Shown here one piece after another: positions 56,430-64,000 of a stretch of 64,000 nt of DNA. Position 1 is the first letter of the stretch, and every line of letters starts with the position of its first letter. The stretch lies in NCBI GenBank assembly GCA_965232515.1, contig CBDDPY010000002.1:3520001-3584000 (forward strand), written 5' to 3'. The notes beneath the pieces are model-generated. The model made no database searches, was not told the origin of the DNA, and saw nothing but the letters and a program-made list of their open reading frames with translations. Position numbers and translations under genes: made by a program. The DNA is from Alphaproteobacteria bacterium (GTDB lineage: Bacteria; Pseudomonadota; Alphaproteobacteria; GCA-2731375).

Positions 56430-57614
56430 ATGACCGACGCCGTCATCGTTTCGACCGCCCGCACCCCGATTGGCAAGGCTTATCGCGGCGCGTTCAACAA
56501 CACCCATGGCGCCGATTTGGGTGGCCACGTGCTGAAGCACGCCGTCGAGCGCGCCGGCGTCGACCCTGAGGAGGTCGAGGACGTGATCATGGGCGTCGCC
56601 AACCCGGAAGGCGCGACCGGCGGCAACGTCGCCCGGCAATGCGCGATCCGCGCCGGCATGCCGGTGACAACGGGCGGCACCACCGTCAACCGGTTCTGCA
56701 GTTCGGGCCTGCAGACCATCGCCATGGCCGCACAGCGTGTGATCGTCGACGGCGTGCCGGTCATGGCCGCCGGCGGGCTCGAGAGCATCAGCCTGGTGCA
56801 GACCGAGCACATGAACCGCTACCACTCGGCTAACGACTGGATCGTCGAGCACAAGCCGTCGATCTACGACAGCATGCTGAAGACGGCGCAGACCGTGGCC
56901 GACCGCTATGGCGTCAGCCGCGACTACCAGGACGAATACGCCCTGCAAAGCCAGATGCGCACGGCCGCCGGTCAGCAGGCCGGCAAGTTCGACGACGAGA
57001 TCGTACCGATGCCGTCGATCAAGATCGTCACCGACAAGGAAAGCGGCGAGACCCACGAGGAAGAGGTCACGCTGACCAAAGACGAGGGCAACCGGCCCAG
57101 CACCAACGCCGAAGGCCTGGCCGGCCTGGAACCGGTGACCGGCCCCGACGGCCACATCACCGCCGGCAACGCCAGCCAGCTCTCCGACGGCGCGTCCGCC
57201 TGCATCGTCATGGACGCCAAGGAAGCCGAAAAGCGCGGCATCCAGCCGCTGGGCGTGTTCCGCGGCTTTGCCATCGCCGGTTGCGAGCCCGACGAGATGG
57301 GCATCGGTCCGGTCTTCGCCGTGCCGCGCCTGCTGGAGCGGACGGGCGTGAAAATGGACGAGATCGGCCTCTGGGAGCTGAACGAGGCCTTCGCCGTGCA
57401 GGTGCTGTATTGCCGCGACAAGCTGGGTATCCCGAACGAGAACCTGAACGTCGACGGCGGCGCCATCTCGATCGGCCACCCCTATGGCATGAGCGGCGCC
57501 CGCATGACCGGCCACGCGCTGATCGAGGGCAAGCGGCGCGGCGACAAGTATGCCGTGGTGACCATGTGCATCGGCGGCGGCATGGGCGCGGCCGGGTTGT
57601 TCGAGATCGTCTAG
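56430..57614 (+). CDS. Acetyl-CoA C-acyltransferase (thiolase)
   Basis: [25 protein letters not shown] and MCIGGGMG motifs. Confidence 0.96.
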   Translation: MTDAVIVSTARTPIGKAYRGAFNNTHGADLGGHVLKHAVERAGVDPEEVEDVIMGVANPEGATGGNVARQCAIRAGMPVTTGGTTVNRFCSSGLQTIAMAAQRVIVDGVPVMAAGGLESISLVQTEHMNRYHSANDWIVEHKPSIYDSMLKTAQTVADRYGVSRDYQDEYALQSQMRTAAGQQAGKFDDEIVPMPSIKIVTDKESGETHEEEVTLTKDEGNRPSTNAEGLAGLEPVTGPDGHITAGNASQLSDGASACIVMDAKEAEKRGIQPLGVFRGFAIAGCEPDEMGIGPVFAVPRLLERTGVKMDEIGLWELNEAFAVQVLYCRDKLGIPNENLNVDGGAISIGHPYGMSGARMTGHALIEGKRRGDKYAVVTMCIGGGMGAAGLFEIV

Positions 57615-57647
57615 TCCGCTACGGCGGCCGCCCGGCCGCAGTGCGCG

Positions 57648-57992
57648 ATGAAGATCTACAAAGGATTGCGCGGACCACAGGGCACGATCGTCACGGTCGA
57701 CGACGTGCCCTTGGATCCGCGCACCGACCTGCGCAACTTCAACGCCGACGGTTTCGAATGGGGCTATGAAGGCAGCGGTCCGAGTCAGCTGGCGCTGGCG
57801 CTCATCGCCGATCACCTGAACGCCGAAATGGCGCTCAAGCACTATCGCGATTTCATGACCACGATCATCGCCGAGATCGAAGGCGACGAGTGGACGATGT
57901 CGAGCGAGGACATCGACCGCCGCACCGAGGAAATCACGATCGTGCCGATGGATTTGGAAACCCTGCTGCGCAAGGTGCGCGGCGAGGATTGA
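57648..57992 (+). CDS. Small conserved protein (DUF6166-like)
   Basis: GFEWGYEGSGPSQLALAL motif. Confidence 0.75.
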   Translation: MKIYKGLRGPQGTIVTVDDVPLDPRTDLRNFNADGFEWGYEGSGPSQLALALIADHLNAEMALKHYRDFMTTIIAEIEGDEWTMSSEDIDRRTEEITIVPMDLETLLRKVRGED

Positions 57993-58011
57993 ACGGCCCG
58001 ACCGGCGTCGC

Positions 58012-59592
58012 ATGGATACCATCACCGGCCTGATCGCGGCGCGCGCGGCGCAATTCCCCGACCGGCCGGCGCTGATCTATCAGAATCGGTCGATCAGCTG
58101 GTCGGCTTTCGAAGCGCGCAGCCGCGCCGTTGCCGGCGGGCTCGCCGGCCTCGGCGTCGGCAAGGGCGACAGGGTCGCCCTGTGGCTGCCGAACACGCCG
58201 GCCTACCTCATTCTCAGCGCCGCCTGCGCCCGGCTGGGCGCGATCGCGGTTGCCGTGAACACCCGGTTTCGCAGCGCCGAGGTCGGCGACATCGTCGGCC
58301 GGTCGGGCGCCAAGGTGCTGGCGATGTGGCCCGGATTCCGCGGTATCGATTTCCCCGCGATCCTGGGCGACGTGGACCCTGCGACGCTGACGCGGCTGTC
58401 GACCGTCATCGCCTATCGGGAGGACGATGCCGAGACCGCGATGCCGGCGAGCGCCACGCATTGCCGGGTCGTGCGCTACGAGGAGCTCGAGCGGGCGGCG
58501 CCGGCCGACGCCGACGCGGCGGCGCCGGATCTGGGCTGCAACATCTTCACCACCTCGGGCACCACCAAGGCGCCGAAATTCGTTCTGCACAGCCAGGCGG
58601 GCATCACCCGGCACGCCCGTGACGTCGCGCGCGCCTTCGGCTACGGGCCGAGTGGCGGCGCCATGCTGCAAACCCTGCCGCTTTGCGGCGTGTTCGGCTT
58701 TTCCCAGGCCATGGCCGGCCTGGCCGGCGGTCTGCCACTGGTCATCGCAAGCGCCTTCGACGCGGACGAAGCGGTTGCGCTGATCGACCGCTACGACGTC
58801 CGGCACCTCAACGTCACCGACGACATGGTCGATGCGATCCTGCGCGTGACCGACCGCAAGGACGTGCTGCCGAGTGTCGCTTTTTCCGGCTACGCAGCCT
58901 TCGACGCCTCGTTGGGCGACATCGTCGAACGGGCCGACGCCCGGGGCTGGAAACTCTGCGGCCTCTACGGCATGAGCGAGGTACAGGCGCTGTTCAGCGT
59001 CCGCGACCCCGCGCTGCCGGTCGCGGAACGCCGGCCGGGCGGTGGCCGTCTGGTCTCGGCGCAAGCCGCCGCCAGGGTCCGGGACGTCGACAGCGGCGAA
59101 TTGCTGCCGTTCGGGCAGACCGGCGAGCTGGAGCTCAGCGGACCGAGCCAAATGCTCGGCTATTTCGAGAACCCGGAGGCCACGGCGGCGACGATCACGC
59201 CGGACGGCTTCGTGCGCACGGGCGACCTCGGCTACATGTCCGACGACCGCACCTTCGTCTATCTGTCGCGCATGGGCGACGTCCTGCGCCTCGGCGGCTT
59301 CCTGGTCAGCCCGTTGGAGATCGAAAGCCATATCCAGGCGCACCCCGGCATCGATGGCTGCCAGGTCGTCGGCGTCTCGACGCCGCAAGGTCCGCGCGCC
59401 GTTGCCTTCGTCACGCTGCAATCGGGCGCAACCCTGGACGAAGACGCGGTGCGACAGCATTGTCTGAACGGCCTGGCCAAGTTCAAGGCCCCGCAGCGCG
59501 TGATCGCGCTCGGCGAATTCCCGACAACGAAAAGCGCCAACGGCACCAAGATCCAACGCGGCCGGTTGCGCGAGATGGCGGAGCAGGCTTGA
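58012..59592 (+). CDS. AMP-dependent acyl-CoA synthetase/ligase
   Basis: FTTSGTTKAPK, YGMSE, RTGDLG and terminal GTKIQ lysine. Confidence 0.93.
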   Translation: MDTITGLIAARAAQFPDRPALIYQNRSISWSAFEARSRAVAGGLAGLGVGKGDRVALWLPNTPAYLILSAACARLGAIAVAVNTRFRSAEVGDIVGRSGAKVLAMWPGFRGIDFPAILGDVDPATLTRLSTVIAYREDDAETAMPASATHCRVVRYEELERAAPADADAAAPDLGCNIFTTSGTTKAPKFVLHSQAGITRHARDVARAFGYGPSGGAMLQTLPLCGVFGFSQAMAGLAGGLPLVIASAFDADEAVALIDRYDVRHLNVTDDMVDAILRVTDRKDVLPSVAFSGYAAFDASLGDIVERADARGWKLCGLYGMSEVQALFSVRDPALPVAERRPGGGRLVSAQAAARVRDVDSGELLPFGQTGELELSGPSQMLGYFENPEATAATITPDGFVRTGDLGYMSDDRTFVYLSRMGDVLRLGGFLVSPLEIESHIQAHPGIDGCQVVGVSTPQGPRAVAFVTLQSGATLDEDAVRQHCLNGLAKFKAPQRVIALGEFPTTKSANGTKIQRGRLREMAEQA

Positions 59593-59593
59593 G

Positions 59594-60316
59594 ATGAGCG
59601 ATCGCATATTGCTGGGCATGTTGACGCCCTCGTCGAACACGGTGCTGGAGCCGATGACGACGGCCATGCTGGACGGTCTGCCCGAGGTTTCGGCGCATTT
59701 CGGTCGCTTCCGCGTCACCGAGATCTCGCTCGACGACGGCGCGCTGGGACAGTTCGATCAGGACGCCCGGCTGGCGGCCGCCGACCTGCTGGCCGATGCG
59801 CAATGCAACGTGATCGCCTGGAACGGGACCTCCGCCGGCTGGATGGGCTTCGCCCACGACGAAGAACTCTGCCGCCGCATCACCGAACGGACCGGCGCGG
59901 CGGCGACCTCGTCGATCCTGGCCAACAACGACCTGTTTCGGCGCCATGACGTGAAACGCTTCGGTCTGGTGACGCCCTACACCGACGACGTGCAGGGCCG
60001 GATCATCGCGAACTATACCGAGGCCGGCTTCGAATGCGTCGCCGAACGGCATCTCGGCATCAGCCGCAATTTCGACTTCTCGGAAGTCAGCGAGGACACC
60101 ATTGCCGGCATGATCGACGATGTCGCCGCGGCAGAACCCGAGGCCATTTCAGTTATCTGCACCAATCTGCGCGGCGCACGTTTGGCCGAACGGATGGAGC
60201 AACGCCACGGCATTCCGATCTACGACAGCATCAGCGTCGTGGTGCTGCGCGCCCTCGAGCTCGCGGGCGCCGATCCGAAACGGGTCACCGGCTGGGGCCG
60301 GATCTTCGCCGGCTAG
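59594..60316 (+). CDS. Asp/Glu racemase superfamily protein (maleate isomerase/arylmalonate decarboxylase-like)
   Basis: LTPSSNTVLE, WNGTS, VTPY and ICTNL motifs. Confidence 0.88.
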   Translation: MSDRILLGMLTPSSNTVLEPMTTAMLDGLPEVSAHFGRFRVTEISLDDGALGQFDQDARLAAADLLADAQCNVIAWNGTSAGWMGFAHDEELCRRITERTGAAATSSILANNDLFRRHDVKRFGLVTPYTDDVQGRIIANYTEAGFECVAERHLGISRNFDFSEVSEDTIAGMIDDVAAAEPEAISVICTNLRGARLAERMEQRHGIPIYDSISVVVLRALELAGADPKRVTGWGRIFAG

Positions 60317-60343
60317 ACGGAACCACGCGATGCATCCCAAAGG

Positions 60344-62878
60344 TTGACACAGCACGGTCGTCCAACCGTCATGATAGACTGCCGAATTGGGAATTCCTTC
60401 CGGGATAAGACATTGGCCCCGCGCCTGACCGTCTCGTTTGTCGCCCTGGCGTTGCTTTGCGTCCTGACAACGGATCTGTTGGCGCAATCGCGCACGCCGT
60501 CACGGCCGTTCAGCGTCGTGGTCGAAGGCTGGACCCGCGACTTGGACCGGGCGCGCGACTACAGCCGCAGCGCCCTGCAGACGCCGGAACGGACGGAGCG
60601 GGTGCGGACGCGTGTGCTGGCGATCCGCAACGAGGCGACGGCCGCCCGCGACGATGCCAGCGCCGAGGCGGCCTCGACGCAGCGGCTGCTTGACGCCCTC
60701 GGTCCGCCACCGGCCGAAAATGAACCGCCGGAACCCGACGACGTCGCCTCGAACCGCGCAGAATTCAGCGAGAGCGTACAATTTTACCGCGCACGGGTGG
60801 CACAGGCCGAACTGACCATCGCGCGCACCGGCGAGATCCTCTCGACGCTGACCGAGCTGGCGCGGGCGGAGCTTCTGGAGCAATTGTTCACGGCCTATCC
60901 CTATCCGTTGGCGCCGGACACCTTTCGGGCGGCGGCCCCGGCGATCGTCGAGCGTTTCCTGGCGCTGGCCCGCGCGCCCGGCGAATGGTGGCGGACGTTG
61001 CCGAGCGCGCAACGCTCGCCGGCGCTGTTGTGGCGCGCCTTCGTCGTTCTCGCCGCGGCGGCGGCCTTGGGTTGGTTCATCCGCCGGATCGTGCTGACTC
61101 GTTTCGGCCGCACATCCGCCATCGAGGAACCGAGTTATGCCCGCCGCTTCGTCGGCGCCGTCGCCGAAGGCACTGCCAGCGGCGTGCTGCCGGCGCTTAT
61201 TTTCGCCGGCTTGCTTTGGCGGGCCAGCAGCGACGCCGCCGTCGTTTCGGGCCTGTTCCAGGACATGGTGGTGATGTTCTGCGCCGCGATGATCCTGTTC
61301 GTGCTGACCACGGCCATGTCCCGGGCGGTGCTGTCGCCGGATTGGCCCGACTGGCGCCTGGCGCCGATCCCGCCGCAAAAAGCCATCAAGCTCAACCGGC
61401 GGGTCGGGCTGCTGGCCTGCATCATCGCCATCGGCTTGTTCCTGAACAACACGGTCCACGAGATCGCGGTGTCGCCAGCCGTCGACTCGGTTTGGGAATC
61501 GTTTTGGAGCACGGTCGCCGCCGTCGCCATTCTCCTACTGATGCAACCCGGCCTATGGCGCGAGACCGCTACGCCAGACGGTGAGAACGAGGCGGAAGAC
61601 GCCCCACCTGCGTCCGAGACGAGCCGCTTTTGGCGGTCGTTGCGGGTCGTGATCATGCTGATCGCCGCCGCGAGCATCCTGAGCTGCCTCGTTGGCTACC
61701 CGATGTTCGGCGTCTACCTGATCAACAACCTGTTGGGCACCGGCATCATTATCGGCGTGCTGTTCGTGCTGCGCGGCCTGTTGCGCGAACTGGTCGGCGC
61801 GGCTCTGCGGGCGAGCTGGATGGTCCGTACGCTCGGCATCCGGCATCGTACGAGGCTGGTGTTGAAGTTCTGGCTTCGGGCCCTGCTGGACGTGCTGGTC
61901 TTCGCCTTCGGCCTGATCGCAATCGTACCGGCCTGGGGCGTGCCGATCCGCGATGTCTGGGATTGGACGACCGAATTCCTGCAAGGTTTCACCGTCGGCA
62001 ACGTCACCATTTCGCTGACCGACATTGCCATCGCCATCGCCGTTTTCATCCTGGCGATCGTCGTCACGCGGGTTCTGCAGCGGGCGCTGGCCGAAAAGCT
62101 CCTGCCGCAGACCCAGATCGACGTCGGCGTGCAGAACTCGCTCGCCTCGGGTTTCGGCTATCTCGGCGTCGTGCTGGCGATCGCAATTGCGGTCGCCACG
62201 GTTGGCATCGATCTCACCAACATTGCCCTGATCGCCGGCGCGCTCTCCGTCGGCATCGGTTTCGGGCTGCAGAATGTCGTCAACAACTTCGTCTCCGGCC
62301 TGATCCTGCTGATCGAGCGGCCGGTAAAGGTGGGCGACTGGGTGGTGGTCGGCACGAACGAGGGCTTCGTCAAGCGCATCAGCGTGCGGGCGACCGAACT
62401 GCAGACATTCCAGCGCGCCTCGGTAATCATTCCGAACGCCGATCTGCTGTCCAACTCGGTGATGAACTGGACTCATAAGGACCGATATGGGCGGATCGAG
62501 ATTCCGGTCGGCGTCGCCTATGGCAGCGACACGGCGCAAGTGCGCGAGATCCTGCTGGGCGTGGCCCGCGCGCACGACCGCGTGCTGTCCTGGCCCGAGC
62601 CGTTCGTGCTGTTTCGGGATTTCGGTAACAGCAGCCTGGACTTCGAGTTGCGCTGTTTCACCGATGACGTGATCTACAGGCTGGTGATCGGCAGCGACCT
62701 GCGCTACGAAATCGACCAGAAGTTCCGTGACGCCGGTATCGAGATCCCGTTCCCGCAGCGCGTGGTGCATATGGCGGACGCGTCGCAGGAAGACGCGATC
62801 GCCGAGGACGCCGATATCCGTCGCCTGCAAACGGCGCCGAGCAACTATGACGTCGCCGCCGGCGAAGATTCGACCTGA
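60344..62878 (+). CDS. Large MscS-family mechanosensitive channel with periplasmic N-terminal extension
   Basis: GALSVGIGFGLQNVVNNFVSG, ERPVKVGDW and IEIPFPQR motifs. Start uncertain (possibly TTG at 60413). Confidence 0.92.
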   Translation: MTQHGRPTVMIDCRIGNSFRDKTLAPRLTVSFVALALLCVLTTDLLAQSRTPSRPFSVVVEGWTRDLDRARDYSRSALQTPERTERVRTRVLAIRNEATAARDDASAEAASTQRLLDALGPPPAENEPPEPDDVASNRAEFSESVQFYRARVAQAELTIARTGEILSTLTELARAELLEQLFTAYPYPLAPDTFRAAAPAIVERFLALARAPGEWWRTLPSAQRSPALLWRAFVVLAAAAALGWFIRRIVLTRFGRTSAIEEPSYARRFVGAVAEGTASGVLPALIFAGLLWRASSDAAVVSGLFQDMVVMFCAAMILFVLTTAMSRAVLSPDWPDWRLAPIPPQKAIKLNRRVGLLACIIAIGLFLNNTVHEIAVSPAVDSVWESFWSTVAAVAILLLMQPGLWRETATPDGENEAEDAPPASETSRFWRSLRVVIMLIAAASILSCLVGYPMFGVYLINNLLGTGIIIGVLFVLRGLLRELVGAALRASWMVRTLGIRHRTRLVLKFWLRALLDVLVFAFGLIAIVPAWGVPIRDVWDWTTEFLQGFTVGNVTISLTDIAIAIAVFILAIVVTRVLQRALAEKLLPQTQIDVGVQNSLASGFGYLGVVLAIAIAVATVGIDLTNIALIAGALSVGIGFGLQNVVNNFVSGLILLIERPVKVGDWVVVGTNEGFVKRISVRATELQTFQRASVIIPNADLLSNSVMNWTHKDRYGRIEIPVGVAYGSDTAQVREILLGVARAHDRVLSWPEPFVLFRDFGNSSLDFELRCFTDDVIYRLVIGSDLRYEIDQKFRDAGIEIPFPQRVVHMADASQEDAIAEDADIRRLQTAPSNYDVAAGEDST

Positions 62879-62910
62879 CGGCCGGCACCGATCGTGGGGG
62901 TCCAGCGGCC

Positions 62911-63819
62911 ATGACGCATGCGTCCATGACGCACGACCAGAGGGCGGGATACATCCGCGGCTGCCTGTTGGTGCTGTTCTCCGGCGTGGTGTTCAGCCTG
63001 GGCGGACTGATCGTCCGGCAGATCGAGGCGGCGGACGCCTGGCAGATCGTTTTCTACCGCTCGCTGGCGCAGGGCCTGGCATTGCTGCTGTTGTTGTCGC
63101 TCAGGGACCGCGGCGGCATCGGCACCACCTTCCGTCTTGCCGGCTGGGCCGGGTTTGCCGGCGGCGCCTGCCTGGCAACGGCATCGATCTGCTTCATCTT
63201 CTCGATTACCCACACGACCGTCGCGAACACGCTGTTCCTGCTCAGCGCGGCGCCGTTCATGGCGGCGATCATCAGCCGCATGCTGCTCGGCGAACCGGTT
63301 CGCCCGTTGACGTGGGTGACGATGACCGTGGCCATGCTGGGCATCACGGTGATGGTCGGCGAGGGCATCGCGCTCGGCAATCTGTTCGGCAATCTCACTG
63401 GCCTGATGACCGCGCTGGGTTTCGCCGGCCTGACCGTGGCCCTGCGCTATGGCCGCGCCGCCGATATGCTGCCGGTCGTCTGTATCGGTGGCTTCATGAG
63501 CGGCGGCGTCGCCGGCATCGTCATCGCAAGCCAGAGCGGCGATTTCGCCATCAGTGCGTGGGACCTCTGGCTATGCGCGTTCTACGGCGCGGCGATCATC
63601 GCCGTCGGACTAAGCATCTTCACAAGGGGCGCCCGGCACCTGCCGGCGGCCGAATTGGCGCTGTTGTCGCTGACCGAGGTGGTGTTCGGACCGGTCTGGG
63701 TCTGGCTGGTGATCGACGAACGGCCGAGCGAGGGCACGCTGCTGGGCGGTACTATCCTGCTTGCGGCATTGGTGGGACATGCGCTTTATGGCGTCGGCAG
63801 GCGTCGCAACAGGCGGTGA
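62911..63819 (+). CDS. DMT/EamA-family transporter
   Basis: About 10 TM segments in two EamA repeats. Confidence 0.9.
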   Translation: MTHASMTHDQRAGYIRGCLLVLFSGVVFSLGGLIVRQIEAADAWQIVFYRSLAQGLALLLLLSLRDRGGIGTTFRLAGWAGFAGGACLATASICFIFSITHTTVANTLFLLSAAPFMAAIISRMLLGEPVRPLTWVTMTVAMLGITVMVGEGIALGNLFGNLTGLMTALGFAGLTVALRYGRAADMLPVVCIGGFMSGGVAGIVIASQSGDFAISAWDLWLCAFYGAAIIAVGLSIFTRGARHLPAAELALLSLTEVVFGPVWVWLVIDERPSEGTLLGGTILLAALVGHALYGVGRRRNRR

Positions 63820-63906
63820 CATCTGCGGGACCGGGGTTGCGGATATCGCGGTCTTTTAATGTAGGATGACTGTCATAAACCAAGGGGGCGTCCCCGTATC
63901 ACAGGA

Positions 63907-64000
63907 GTGAGTTCCATAGATCGCCAAACAGTTCGCAGGGCCTACGCCTGGTGGGCGCCCGTCTATGATGTTGCCTTTGGCGCCGTCGCCACGGCGGGCC
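63907..64000 (+). CDS. Probable phospholipid N-methyltransferase (PmtA-like), N-terminal fragment
   Basis: GTG start; reads SSIDRQTVRRAYAWWAPVYDVAFG, matching the V..AY..WAPVYD..FG N-terminus of this family; truncated by the window. Confidence 0.65.
   Translation, partial: MSSIDRQTVRRAYAWWAPVYDVAFGAVATAG

Overview
High-GC chromosomal window, most likely from an alphaproteobacterium of the Rhodospirillales type. This is inferred from the class I lysS-dinG-terB order, argD-argF-hslO, fused trpEG, alpha-type REP elements and a CtrA-like box. It holds about 58 protein-coding genes (two truncated at the window edges), one tRNA-Gly(CCC) and four intergenic REP-like composite palindromes. I saw no integrase, transposase, CRISPR array or rRNA. 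Most genes are housekeeping or catabolic. An accessory stretch at about 28-40 kb, downstream of the tRNA, carries a MarR/cupin/TRAP cluster with a perfect palindromic operator, two paralogous secreted peptidoglycan-binding proteins and a PEP-CTERM nuclease. It also carries a two-gene module behind an AT-rich intergenic region: a signal-peptide-less trypsin-fold (NAL1-like) protease preceded by a stand-alone copy of its own N-terminal domain. Other candidates worth checking are a four-way-junction structured RNA upstream of comDE, an atypical Cys-Cys-Leu-Trp leader peptide before trpEG, REP pairs flanking IHF-like sites, and an acidic disordered protein resembling an inverted PopZ. All family assignments come from recognising motifs by eye; no searches were run.
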